Shown piece after piece: positions 1 through 14,800 of a stretch of 49,426 nt of DNA (within the stretch, counting starts at the first letter, position 1; each line of letters opens with the position of its first letter). A program made the position numbers and the translations under genes. The notes beneath the pieces were generated by a model. It was not told the DNA's origin. It saw nothing but the letters and a program-made list of their open reading frames with translations, and made no database searches. Source of the stretch: Thermoanaerobaculia bacterium (GTDB taxonomy: Bacteria > Acidobacteriota > Thermoanaerobaculia > Multivoradales > UBA5704). The DNA lies in the NCBI GenBank assembly GCA_044226625.1, contig JBGAGQ010000051.1:1-49426 (forward strand), written 5' to 3'.

Positions 1-915
1 GGCGAGCTGTTCCTCGCTCACCTGGCCCTGGAACGTGGGCATGATCGGCTGCCAACCGGCCACCAGCCGCGCGCCCGGGTTGAGGATCGACTCGCGCAGA
101 TAGGTGTCGTCCGCCTTCACGGTGGCGCCGTCGGCAAGCGCCACGTCACGACCGTAGAGACCGGCGAGCTGCGGCGCCCGCGCCGGGCGCGGATCGTTCG
201 CCGTGCGGTGGCAGGTGTCGCAGGCGAAGGTCTGGAAGAGCTGTGCGCCGGAGGCGACCGGGGTCTTGCCGGCCGGGCTGCCCGCGAGCCACTGCTCGTA
301 GTCGTTCGGCTCCATCGCGATCACCCGGCCGATCATCCGCGAGTGCTCGGTGCCGCAGTACTCGGCGCAGAACAGGTGATAGGTGCCGGGCTTGGTCGCC
401 TTGAACCAGAGCGTCGTGTAACGGCCCGGCACCGCGTCCTGCTTGGTCCGGAACGCCGGCACGTAGAGGCTGTGAATGACGTCCTCGGATGTCATCGTGA
501 CCTTGATCGCACGGCCGATCGGGACGTGCAGGTCGTTGATCTCGCGGACCCCTTCCGGATGCTGGAACTTCCACATCCACTGCTTGCCGACCGCGAAGTA
601 CTCCTGGGCGTCGGTCGGAGGCCGGTAGAGGTCGTAGAAGACGCGCGTGCCCCAGACGAACATCGCAAGGCAGATGACGAGCGGGATCACCGTCCAGCCG
701 ATCTCCAGCCACGGCGCCGCGCGCTCCTCGAGGCCGATGTCGTTCACGTGCGCCTCGTCGGTCGGGCGCCGGAACTTGACGAAGAAGAAGACCAGCAGCG
801 CCGCGATCAGGAGCGAGAAGAAAACGCTCACCGCCGCCCATACGAGGTACAGGGCGTCGACCTGGCCGGCCAGGCTCGACGCCGCGTCGGGAAAGAATTG
901 GAGCTCGCTCCGCAT
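1..915 (-). CDS. coxB: Cytochrome c oxidase subunit II with fused C-terminal cytochrome c (caa3 type); 3' end runs off the window
   Basis: Translated by hand from ATG at 915: MRSELQFFPDAASSLAGQVD, two TM helices, GKQWMWKFQHP, TSEDVIHS, CuA motif FCAEYCGTEHSRM, then heme c motif CDTCH and YLRESILNP. Absent from the ORF track because no stop lies inside the window. Confidence 0.95.
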   Translation of the reverse strand, partial: MRSELQFFPDAASSLAGQVDALYLVWAAVSVFFSLLIAALLVFFFVKFRRPTDEAHVNDIGLEERAAPWLEIGWTVIPLVICLAMFVWGTRVFYDLYRPPTDAQEYFAVGKQWMWKFQHPEGVREINDLHVPIGRAIKVTMTSEDVIHSLYVPAFRTKQDAVPGRYTTLWFKATKPGTYHLFCAEYCGTEHSRMIGRVIAMEPNDYEQWLAGSPAGKTPVASGAQLFQTFACDTCHRTANDPRPARAPQLAGLYGRDVALADGATVKADDTYLRESILNPGARLVAGWQPIMPTFQGQVSEEQLA

Positions 916-917
916 GG

Positions 918-1775
918 TCAAGCTGCCCTCAGCGAGTTGATCTCCCGCCGCCGCAGGATGAGGACCATCGACACCAGGCCGATGACCGTCAGCGCAGCCG
1001 CTACGCGGAGGATGTTGAAGGTCGCGGCGCTGTATTTGCCCACGGCCGGGTCATAGTGAAAGCAAAAGAGCAATAGCCGGTCCGAGACCGTACCGATCTT
1101 TTCGGATGCCGCCTCGACCAAGCCGAGCCGTACGTCGCGCGGCGGGTAGTCGATGCCGTAGAAATAGCGCGAGATCCGCCCGTCGGGGGTGAGCACGACG
1201 ACGCCCGCCGCATGGGCGTATTGCTTCGTCACCTCGTCCCACTGATAGCGAAAGCCGACCGCGCGGGTGAGGCCGCGAATCGCCGGCTCCTTGCCGGTGA
1301 GGAAGTGCCAACCGGCGGGGCTGGTCTCGGCGCCGTACCGGTCGATCATCTTCTTCTTGGCCTCGGCCGCCGCGGCGGGGGTGTCGCGCGGATCGAAGCT
1401 CGCCACCACGACGTCGTAGTCTTTGCCGGGCGCGAGCCCGATCGCGCGCAGCGTCGACGCCAGATCGTCGAGCACCACCGTGCAGAGCATCGGGCAGCTG
1501 TAATAGGCGAGGGCGAACACCACCGGTCGGCGGTCGAAGAGCTGAGCCAGCCGGACCGTGCGGCCCGACTCGTCCGCAAAAGTCAGATCGAGCGGCACCC
1601 GTTCGCCCAGGCGCTGATCGTAGCCGACCCCCGAGAGCTGCGGCGGTAGCTGCGTCGGCGGCGGCGGCGAAAGCTGCGCCCGTCCCGCGGTGACGCCGGT
1701 CCAAGCGGCGAGCGCGGCGAGCAGGGCGATCCGAGCCGTGGATCGCGCCGAGCGGCGGCGGCCCGAGCGATTCAA
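918..1775 (-). CDS. SCO1/SenC family copper chaperone
   Basis: Signal peptide, YYSCPMLC (CxxxC), conserved His in QYAHAAG, C-terminal TM; lies between ACIII genes and coxB. Confidence 0.92.
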   Translation of the reverse strand: MNRSGRRRSARSTARIALLAALAAWTGVTAGRAQLSPPPPTQLPPQLSGVGYDQRLGERVPLDLTFADESGRTVRLAQLFDRRPVVFALAYYSCPMLCTVVLDDLASTLRAIGLAPGKDYDVVVASFDPRDTPAAAAEAKKKMIDRYGAETSPAGWHFLTGKEPAIRGLTRAVGFRYQWDEVTKQYAHAAGVVVLTPDGRISRYFYGIDYPPRDVRLGLVEAASEKIGTVSDRLLLFCFHYDPAVGKYSAATFNILRVAAALTVIGLVSMVLILRRREINSLRAA

Positions 1776-2281
1776 CGAGCGCCTCCTCCCGGCGGAGCGG
1801 TCGGCGCAGGGGCAGCGGCCGGAGCCTCCGACGTGGGTGCCGTGGCGTCGGGCGCCATGGCACCGTCGGGTGCCGCGGTCTCTGCAGTGGGAGCCTCGGC
1901 ATCACCGAGTCCGCGCCGCGCGACGACGTCGAGCGCGAGGTCGATCGGCAGCCGGACGGTGCCCGCCGCCTGGTCGTGCCATTGCGGGGTGTCGAGCACC
2001 ACTGCCTCCTCCTTCCGCAGCTCCTCGAGGTTCGCCGGCGGCGAGATCTCCAGACGGGGAGCCGGGGGCGGCAACTTCTCGGCCGCTTCGGGCAGCGCCG
2101 AAGGCGCAGGATCCTGTCGGCTTTCGAGCTTGCGCAGGCCGATCAGCATCCACCAGACGATCACCATGGCTGCGATCGTCACCAAGGCGGTGGCCACCCC
2201 GACCTTGACGATCGCCGAGGTGTTCAGCTCGCCGTCGAATTCCTGGCTTTCCGTATGGGACGTCCCGTGCGTATCAATCAT
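1772..2281 (-). CDS. Single-TM protein, probable alternative complex III subunit ActG
   Basis: One TM helix, PPPAPRLE and VRLPIDLAL motifs, position directly after actF with overlapping start/stop, Ala/Pro/Thr-rich tail. Confidence 0.65.
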   Translation of the reverse strand: MIDTHGTSHTESQEFDGELNTSAIVKVGVATALVTIAAMVIVWWMLIGLRKLESRQDPAPSALPEAAEKLPPPAPRLEISPPANLEELRKEEAVVLDTPQWHDQAAGTVRLPIDLALDVVARRGLGDAEAPTAETAAPDGAMAPDATAPTSEAPAAAPAPTAPPGGGAR

Positions 2282-3494
2282 GGGCGATGGCCTCGGAGAG
2301 ATACGGCTCGTGGATCGGCACCAACGGACGCTTCTGGAGCTGGCCGATGAACGCCCAGAGCCATAGACCGAAGATGCCGACCAGCGCCGTGGGGAAGAGC
2401 CAATGGAAGTAGAGACCGTTCGGGTGGAACGTCGGCTCGACCTGCCAGAACAGGTCGAACCAGCGCATCGCGAGCAGCCAGATCGCGACCGCTGCGAGCG
2501 TCTTCGGCCGCCGCTTCAAGCCGCGGGACAACAGCAGCCCGAACGGGATGAAGAAGTGGCAGAGCGCGATGAAGATCGCGAGCGGCCCCCAGCCGTGATG
2601 GATCCGATGGTCGTACCACGAGGTCTCTTCCGGCAGGTTGCCCGACCAGATGATCAGGAACTGGGAGAACGAGAAGTACGCCCAGAGCATGGTGAAAGCG
2701 AACAGCAGCTTGCCGTAGTCGTGGAAGTGCTTGAGATTGAACAGGTCGTTCATCGGCGGACGGCTCGCCAGCCAGCGCGTCACCAGGATCAGGAACGCCA
2801 TCGCCGAGAGCGCATGGCCGCCGAAGAAGTAGACGCCGTAGATCGTCGAGAACCAGTGCGGCTCGATCGACATCAGCCAGTCGACCGCGGCGAACGTGGA
2901 GACCAGGCAGTAGATGATCAGCCCGGGCGCCGCGATCCGCTGCATGCGGCGGAACAGATCGGGATCGGCCTGCGCGTCCTGCTGCACCGAAAGGCGATCG
3001 AGCCGCCAGGCGAGCAGCATCCAGATCAGGAAATAGGCGACCAGACGGACGATGAAGAAGGTGGGGTTCAGATACGAGGCCTTCTCCTGGAGGATCGGAT
3101 CGTGCGCCGCCTCGGGCCGCGCCCATTCGTACAGATCCTTCATCCCGAAGACGATCGGCACGGCGAGGAGCAGGAGCATCGGCAGCGTGCGCGCCGCCGC
3201 CTCCCAGATCCGGCGCGCCATGACGCCCCATGCGCCGCGCGACAGGTGGTGCACCATCGAGAGCGCGAGCGAGCCCAGGGCGATCGAGAGCGCGAAGATC
3301 CAGGCGAGCAGATAGGCACGGAAGAAAACCGGCCGGGCGACGAAGAAGCCCACGGCCGAGAGCGCGATCCCGATCGCGCCGACGACGAGAGCCTTGGACT
3401 TCGCGCCCGCGAGCTCTCCGGGGGGAGCGAAGGTCGCGGCCTCCATCGGCAGCAGGCGTGTCGTGTGAGGGGTCGAGCTCATATCAGTGTCCAC
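2274..3494 (-). CDS. actF: Alternative complex III membrane subunit ActF
   Basis: About 10 TM helices; DWLMSIEPHWFSTIYG, HFHDYGKLLFAF, FSQFLIIWSGNLPEE motifs. Confidence 0.93.
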   Translation of the reverse strand: MDTDMSSTPHTTRLLPMEAATFAPPGELAGAKSKALVVGAIGIALSAVGFFVARPVFFRAYLLAWIFALSIALGSLALSMVHHLSRGAWGVMARRIWEAAARTLPMLLLLAVPIVFGMKDLYEWARPEAAHDPILQEKASYLNPTFFIVRLVAYFLIWMLLAWRLDRLSVQQDAQADPDLFRRMQRIAAPGLIIYCLVSTFAAVDWLMSIEPHWFSTIYGVYFFGGHALSAMAFLILVTRWLASRPPMNDLFNLKHFHDYGKLLFAFTMLWAYFSFSQFLIIWSGNLPEETSWYDHRIHHGWGPLAIFIALCHFFIPFGLLLSRGLKRRPKTLAAVAIWLLAMRWFDLFWQVEPTFHPNGLYFHWLFPTALVGIFGLWLWAFIGQLQKRPLVPIHEPYLSEAIAHD

Positions 3495-4185
3495 CTTCGC
3501 CTTCGGTTCCGGCGTGCCCGCCCTGCTTAGGCGCCTTGGCCGCCTCGGCCGCGGCGAACGCCTCGTCGAGACGCTGCCGTTCCTCGGCGGAGAGATCCGC
3601 CACCTGCGCGCTCTCGGCGTACTGGAGCACCCGGATGTAGGAAGCGATCGCCCAACGGTCCTCGGGCGGAATCTGCGCCGCGTAGCTCGGCATCTGGCCG
3701 AAGCCCTCGGTCATGTTGTTGACGAAGTATCCGAGCGGCGAATTGCGCAGCCGCTCGTCTTGGAAAGAGACCGGCTGCTTGAAACCGCGCTGGACGATCA
3801 TGCCGCGCCCGTCGCCGAGGCGACCGTGGCACGGCGAGCAGAAGACGTCGAAACGCTCCCGGCCGCGCACCAACAGCTCGCGCGTCACGGGCATCGGCGG
3901 CGTGGTCGCGAGGTCGCCTGCCTCGGAGAGCCCGGTATAGAAGACCGCGTCCTCGCGCAGCTCGCCGCGCGCGACCGCGTGGGCCGGCAGCGGACGGGCT
4001 TCCACACCGTCGGCGAAGAAGTCGCTCTCGCGGTAGGTCTTCGCCTTCGCCTGGTTGTGCATGTTTTGACGGCAGCCGGCGAGCGGCAACACGAGCAGCA
4101 GCCCGGCCGCCGCGAAAGCGAGGCGCGTCCATCGCTCGGGACGCACGGGCGTCGGGTTCGGGTTGGATCTCAAGTTAGGGCTCAA
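3484..4185 (-). CDS. actE: Alternative complex III monoheme cytochrome c lipoprotein ActE
   Basis: Lipobox LAGC followed by RQNMHNQ, heme motif CSPCH, GQMPSY, DRWAI. Confidence 0.92.
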   Translation of the reverse strand: MSPNLRSNPNPTPVRPERWTRLAFAAAGLLLVLPLAGCRQNMHNQAKAKTYRESDFFADGVEARPLPAHAVARGELREDAVFYTGLSEAGDLATTPPMPVTRELLVRGRERFDVFCSPCHGRLGDGRGMIVQRGFKQPVSFQDERLRNSPLGYFVNNMTEGFGQMPSYAAQIPPEDRWAIASYIRVLQYAESAQVADLSAEERQRLDEAFAAAEAAKAPKQGGHAGTEGEGGH

Positions 4186-4725
4186 CCTCGGACACCTCGC
4201 TCGGATTCAGGTCCTTGAGGAAGGTCTCGGTGCCGTTCCGGTCGAACTTCGGATCGGCCGCCTCGATGACCAGGAAGTAGCCGTCGGTCGAAGCGCGCTC
4301 GGAGAACCGCGGCACGTTGAACACCGGGTGATAGGGCATCGGCAGGCCGTTCAGGGCGAACATGCCGACCACCGCGGCCAGCGAGGCGCCGAGGATCGTG
4401 CACTCGAACGTCGGGATGATGAACGCCGGCCAGCTGATCAAGGGCCGGCCGCCGATGTTCATCGGATAGGCGATCAGGTTCGACCACATCTGCAGGCCGA
4501 AGCCGCCGAGGCCGCCGAGAAGGCCGCCGACCAGCACGATCAGCGGCACCTTCGAATGGTGATGGTCGAGCGCCTCGATCACCTCTTCGACCGGGAACGG
4601 CGTGTACGCCTCGACGTTGCGATAGCCGGCCTTGCGCGCCAGATGCGCCGCCTGGGCCAGGCTCTTCGGATCCGGGAATTCGGCCATCAGGCCGAACAGC
4701 CCGACGGAAGGGGCGACCGAAGGGC

Positions 4726-4729
<4 letters not shown>
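4175..4729 (-). CDS. actD: Alternative complex III subunit ActD (DUF3341)
   Basis: EAYTPFPV, two TMs, YPMNIGGRP..SWPAFIIPTFE. Confidence 0.93.
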
Positions 4730-6129
<1,400 letters not shown>

Positions 6130-6132
6130 TGC

Positions 6133-9284
<3,152 letters not shown>

Positions 9285-9342
9285 AGCGCTAAGGACCTCA
9301 TCGCTTGCTAGCCAGTTGGCTTCTAAGAAGTTCCTCTGCGAC

Positions 9343-9993
9343 CTACCGGTGGCAGGTCGAGCAGGTGATCTGAGGCTTGACGTCGTACTCCCGGATCAGC
9401 TTCGCCGCCTCCGCGCCAAAATGCGGCGGCCGCACCCAGGCCATGTTGAAGACCTCCGAGCGCGGGCGGATGTTCTTTTCCGGATTGCGGTGGCAATCGA
9501 GGCACCACTGCATGGTGAGCGGGGCGTTCTGCCTCATCAACGCCATCTGGTCGACCCGCCCGTGGCACGAGGCGCAGCCGATTCCCTTGGCGACGTGGAT
9601 GCTGTGGTTGAAGTAGACGTAATCGGGCAGGTCGTGCACCTTGGTCCACCGCAGCGGCTGGTTCTTCGCGAAGCTGTCGCGCACCGGGGCGAGCAGCTCG
9701 GCGTTGGTCCAGATGTAGCGGTGGCAGTTCATGCAGACCTGCGTCGGCGGGATCCCCGCGGTCGCCGATTTCTCGACCGAGGTATGGCAGTAACGGCAGT
9801 CGATCCCCAACCCGGCCACGTGATGCTCGTGGCTGAACGGGACGGGCTGCGCCCGCACCACTCCCTGCTGCGTGCCGTAGCCGGAATCGAGGAGGCTCGC
9901 ATAGACCCAGAAAAACAGGCCCACGAAGAGCACGCCCCCAAAGAGGCTCACCTTGGCGATCGTGTTCGTGCTGCGGTGGAAGATCTGCGCCAT
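9343..9993 (-). CDS. actA: Alternative complex III pentaheme cytochrome c ActA
   Basis: MAQIF start, N-terminal TM, QPVPFSHEHH, five CxxCH motifs (CRYCH, CMNCH, CASCH, CLDCH, CSTCH). Confidence 0.95.
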   Translation of the reverse strand: MAQIFHRSTNTIAKVSLFGGVLFVGLFFWVYASLLDSGYGTQQGVVRAQPVPFSHEHHVAGLGIDCRYCHTSVEKSATAGIPPTQVCMNCHRYIWTNAELLAPVRDSFAKNQPLRWTKVHDLPDYVYFNHSIHVAKGIGCASCHGRVDQMALMRQNAPLTMQWCLDCHRNPEKNIRPRSEVFNMAWVRPPHFGAEAAKLIREYDVKPQITCSTCHR

Positions 9994-10084
9994 CTCGTCC
10001 CCCGGGGCTACGGCGGCACCCAGCCCAAGGCCCAGCCTCGATCGAGCCTCCCTCCCCTCCAGGGGGCAGGCTCGGGGCTGGGCC

Positions 10085-10102
10085 TTGTGAAAATCGTCAC
10101 AA
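10085..10102. promoter_or_regulatory. Palindromic operator TTGTGAAAATCGTCACAA (Rex-box or CRP/FNR-family site) upstream of actA
   Basis: One mismatch to the Rex consensus TTGTGAAnnnnTTCACAA and an exact TGTGA-N6-TCACA; AT-rich motif in a very GC-rich background. Confidence 0.7.
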
Positions 10103-10104
10103 GC

Positions 10105-10134
10105 ATCCTAACAGCACGCATCCGCTTCCCGCAA
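10105..10134 (-). promoter_or_regulatory. Putative sigma70 promoter for the first ACIII-caa3 operon
   Basis: Minus strand TTGCGG-N18-TAGGAT with an extended -10 TGn, immediately upstream of the palindrome. Confidence 0.45.
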
Positions 10135-10437
10135 CCAGTCCGCGGCACCTCGGTCGCTTTCGCCCCGCTCCACCGGACGAAGCCTCCAGATCGAGCGCCG
10201 CGGGTCCAACGGCCCCCCCGTACGGATGGGGAGACGTCGCGAGCCGGCCTCCTATAATGCCACCCGGCCCGGGCAACCGCCAGGAGATCGACCCAGGGAA
10301 ATGAGGAACGGCTCGCGGCGCGCCGTCCTCCCCATTCTCCTGGGCTCCTATCACCGTTCGGACCCTCCGGAATCCCGGCCGAACGATGCCAGACCCGCCT
10401 CGGCCACTCCCAGGAACGCCAAGGAGACTTCGATCCC

Positions 10438-11262
10438 ATGATCCGCCGCCGTTTCCCGTACCGCTCCCTCGCCGGATCGGCCGCCGCCCTGTTCCTCCTC
10501 GTCGCGTTCGGCTGCGGTGGCAAGGCCGCCCCGGACGCCGCCGCTTCCGGCCCGGCCGCCACTCCCGCGGCGGGCGAGGCACCGTTCCCGCCGGCCGATG
10601 CCGGCCGAATCGAAGGGGTGGTCGCCTACTCGGGCCCCGACGACGACGCTCCGCTCCCGCTTTCCGCCGACCCTACCTGCGCGAAGCTCCACCCCGGCCC
10701 GCTCGAGTCCGAAACGATCGTGGGCGACGGCGCGGGGCATCTCGGCAACGTCTTCGTCTACGTCAAGGCGGGGCTTCCTCCCCGCACCTACCCCTCACCG
10801 ACCGAGAAGATAGAGGTCGACCAGAGCGGCTGCACCTACCTTCCCCACGTCGTCGGCGTCCGAACCGGCCAGACCGTCGTCATCAAGAACAGCGACGCCA
10901 CGATCCACAACGTCTACGCTCAGGCGTCCACCAACCCCCAGTTCAACCGCGGCCTCCCTCAGGCCGGCATGAGCTTCGAGAAGACCTTCGACCACCCCGA
11001 GGTCATGGTCACCCTCCACTGCAACGTCCACCCCTGGATGGCGGCCCACGTCGGCGTCCTCGACCACCCCTACTTCGCCGTCACGGGACCGGACGGCAAG
11101 TTCGAGATCCAGGACCTCCCCCCCGGGACCTACACCCTCGAGGCGTGGCACGAGAAGCTGGGGCGGAAGGAGATGGTGGTGACGGTCGCGAAGGGGGGAG
11201 CGGAAACATTGACTGTCGACTACGGAGCAGGCGGTGAGGAAGTCGGTCGCCCCGCAAACTAA
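10438..11262 (+). CDS. Lipoprotein with cupredoxin-like and carboxypeptidase-regulatory-like domains
   Basis: Lipobox AFGC, DQSGCTYLPHV, NSDATIHNV, HCNVHPWM (type-1 Cu-like ligand set), G.F.I.DLPPGTYTLEAWHE; TATAAT at 10253-10258 upstream. Confidence 0.8.
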   Translation: MIRRRFPYRSLAGSAAALFLLVAFGCGGKAAPDAAASGPAATPAAGEAPFPPADAGRIEGVVAYSGPDDDAPLPLSADPTCAKLHPGPLESETIVGDGAGHLGNVFVYVKAGLPPRTYPSPTEKIEVDQSGCTYLPHVVGVRTGQTVVIKNSDATIHNVYAQASTNPQFNRGLPQAGMSFEKTFDHPEVMVTLHCNVHPWMAAHVGVLDHPYFAVTGPDGKFEIQDLPPGTYTLEAWHEKLGRKEMVVTVAKGGAETLTVDYGAGGEEVGRPAN

Positions 11263-11394
11263 GGCCCCCTGGCGCGCTGCCGGGATCGTCCGTCCCCCAA
11301 GAGTCAAAGGGCGTTCGATCCTCCTGCCGGAGAGCCCCGGTTCGGATTAGGTCCGTCGGGCAAACGCCGCAATAGGCGCCCGCCCGGCGATCGA

Positions 11395-11715
11395 TCAGAA
11401 GTAGCAGCGGCAGCAGTGCACCGACTTGTCGCAGATGAAGTACTGGGGATCTCCGCCTTCCGCGCTGCAGATCGAGTAGCACTGGAGGTTCGCGAAACAG
11501 GTTCCGGTGCAGGAGGCCACCGGGTTGCAGTCGATGCGGTTGCCGTCGCAGTCGACCCAGTCCGGGCCCGAGGTGCAGACGGACGCACCCGAGCACGAGA
11601 CGCCGAAGGGTGGCGCCTGGCACGACTGGCTCGCGGTGCAGGTCGCCGAAAGCGAGCTCGCACCGAAGATCACCAAGAGCACCGACACCACCAAGATTCC
11701 CATCGTTCGACGCAT
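11395..11715 (-). CDS. Small secreted cysteine-rich protein (14 Cys)
   Basis: AAGGAG RBS 7 nt before ATG, Sec signal peptide, mature part with 6 + 8 Cys in two apparent modules. Confidence 0.75.
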   Translation of the reverse strand: MRRTMGILVVSVLLVIFGASSLSATCTASQSCQAPPFGVSCSGASVCTSGPDWVDCDGNRIDCNPVASCTGTCFANLQCYSICSAEGGDPQYFICDKSVHCCRCYF

Positions 11716-11860
11716 GGCTCATCTCCTTCTCGTTCGCCCGCTTGGTTGCCAGGCGGGCGGGAACGCGAACCTTCCCAATGCACGTACCTACTAAAGAGGG
11801 TACGGAAGGGTGGTCTCGGCGGGACAGCCACGCTCGCGCCAGGACGGTCGGAGAGATCCG

Positions 11861-14800
11861 TCACGCTCCGCGGTAGATCGTTTCCGGAATGGTCAGGGGA
11901 GTTTCGTGGACCCCCTCGTAGTCGGGCGAGGTGATCAGGTAGCGCAGCATCGACACCAACTCGCTGCCCGCCATCTGGAGCGCGTGGTTGAAGTGAACCT
12001 CGCGGTCGTTGAAGTCGTCGTAGAGGTAGAAGAGGTCGGAGATGCTCTCGTAAAACGCGCGGCGGAGCGTGTACATCTCCTCCGATCGCCGAAGGTCGAC
12101 CTGCGCCGCCCGGCGGACGATCTCGAAATCGCTCCGCTCGCAGCCGACGATCTCGACGAAATAGAGATAAACGAGAGCGTAGGTCGTTCCCGAGTGCATC
12201 GGCGTGAAATGGAGAGGCGAGCTCAACCGCTCGGTCAGGTCGTAGAGCTCGTGTGCCAAGACTCGAATCGGTTCGCGCCCCGCAGCGCCGAGCTCTTGGA
12301 GGACCGAGTCGTCGATCAGGACCTTGAGCCCTTGGAGGCGCGCGAGCATCGGATAGCTGTGACGCTCCAAGGTCTCTTCGAGGCGGCTCCGAAACGCCGT
12401 CTGGGTGCCGTCGAAGCGACCGGCCTCCGGACCGAGCCAACTGCGGACCAGATCCGGCAGCTCGGGGAGGAAAGCGTTTCGCTGATAATTCACCAGCCCG
12501 AGCGAGCAGGCGCCGATCAGACATTCGACCGGGACTTTGTCGCCGACGAGATAGCGATCCAGGCGGTCGGCTACCCGGCTTCGACGGAAGAGCTGATCCG
12601 CCTTTTCGAGACCGTACATGGCGACTCGGCCGAGATAGTCCCAAAAGGGATGCTCTCGAACCCGCTGCTCCTTGCAGAGCCGAGCATCCAGCTCGAGGAC
12701 CCGATACTGGAGGCACGGTCGAGGCCGCCGCTTACCGTTCGAATGCCAATCGACCAGACGGCGGATGGTTTCCCACCACCAGAGATAGGAGGTTGCGATC
12801 TCCGCGACTTTCAAGAACTCGCGCGCCGCATCCTCGATGTACCCGCCTTTTTCGAGGAACTTCCCGCCGACCAGCATCAAGTTGAGCGCCACGGTCAGGC
12901 GCTCGAGGTCGTCGTGCTGGCGCCATTCTTCGAATTCCACGAGGCGTCTGTCTTTGTCGTGCGGAACGCGCGATTCGTTCCAGCGCCCGAACCAGCCGCC
13001 GAGCGTGCCGCAGTCGAGCGCCTGATCTCCTAGGGCCGCGACGATCCGATGGCCGACAATCCGATCGATCTCCTCCTGCGTCTGACGGCCGTCCATCGGA
13101 GAGCCCGAGGTCGAGGCGGTGCGGTCGGAAATCAGCTCCATCCAATCGCGGCAGGCCTCTACCAGCGTCTCCGTGGCCCGCCGCTGTCCGGGAGGACGCG
13201 GATCCTCGAAACGCGGTAGCTCGCGATTGAGGTCGCGGAGCATTCCGTACAGGGAAACGCGGCCGATCATGACCTCGGCGAAATCGTTGAGCGTCCCTCC
13301 GAGCGAACGAAAGACGAAATCGGGCCACCCCTCCCTTTCGAGCGTCTCGGCGGGGGCGCCGTCCGGAAACGCTTCGCGGGACTTGATGTTCATCTTCGCC
13401 GCCGAGCTCCAACGGCGGTACGCCGTGAATCGACGGAGTTCGTGGAGGCCGACCGCGTAGTGGTAGTGGGCCTGGAGCAGGTATCCCTCTTGGCCGTGGC
13501 GAGGCCGGGAGAGCTCGGTCTGGGAAACCTCCTCGGCCAGCTTCTCGATCGCCTCGGTCGAGACGAGCTGGCGCCCCTTCAGGAAATAGAGGTCGCCCGC
13601 CTTGTTGTGGATCTCGGCGGCGATCAGCGCGAAGTTGCTGTGACCGACGGCGATCGGTCCTCCCGCTGGCGCGACCCTCGGCTCGCGCACGAAGGGCAGG
13701 ATCGCCCGCAGCTCCCAAAGCGTCGATTCGACGAGCGTGGTGCTCGTGTCGACCGCGCCGATCAGCTTTTCCGCCACCCAGGCGCCCGCGAAGACGGGTT
13801 GGAACAGGATGTTCAGATGCTTGAGGACGTCCAGGCGGTCCTCGCCCGAGTCGAGGAAAACCCGGGAGATGTCCGCCGCCACCGCGAGAGCCCGCCCTTC
13901 GTCGTCCAGGAGCGCGAGCTGCATCGCGCGGGCGAGCGTCGCCGCGTTGTCGTATTCGACACTCGCCCGCTCGTGGTTGCGGGCGAGCTCGAACGTCATT
14001 CCGACCTGGAGCATCAGTCGTAGGCGCGCGATCCCCCAGGTCAAATAGCGACGGGCCTGCTCGGGACCGGGCTTCCATCCGGCCAAAACCTGCATCATCG
14101 GCGAGGCCTTTTCGAGCAGCTCGCTGCCTCCGGTGATCGCGCGCAGCTCGCCGTCGATCAGCGAGATGGCGTTGCGGTAGTGGACGCGCGCGGTCTCGAA
14201 CTCCTGGTCGAACTCGTGCAGCTCGCCGAGGCCCGAGACGAAATCTTGCAGCTCGCGCCCCGGCCCGTCTTTGAGACGCCGGATCGTCGTCTCGTAGATC
14301 GATTTGAGTGCCCGCGATTCGTCGAGGGTGAAGTTGAACGCCGCCATCTCGGCTGGAGAGTGGCGAGAGATGTATTCGACCTCCCGCGCCAGCTCACTGC
14401 GGAATCGAAAGTCGTACATGCCGTTGCGAATCCGATGGAGGAACCGCTCCGCCCAATGCTCGACCATCGTCTCCATCACCTCGCGCAGATCGGGCGCGCG
14501 ATGGATCTGCACCATGTCCTCGACCCGCTCCAGGCTGCTCCAGGAAAAGGCGCGGCGATGGAACTTGAACAAGAAATCAGAAAGGTAGAAGACCGACACC
14601 GTCATCTTGTCGTCGTGCCGCGAAAACCCCTGATCGAACGTGAAGTTGATGTGGCGATAGATCCGCGCAAGCAACTGGATGCGGAACCTCTCCACCTCGT
14701 CGAACAGAAGGACGTGGTCGCAGCAGAACGATCGCTCGCGCAGATCGGTGGCGCCGACGTAGCGACCGACTGGGCGAACGAACCAAGCGAGCAGCTCTCG

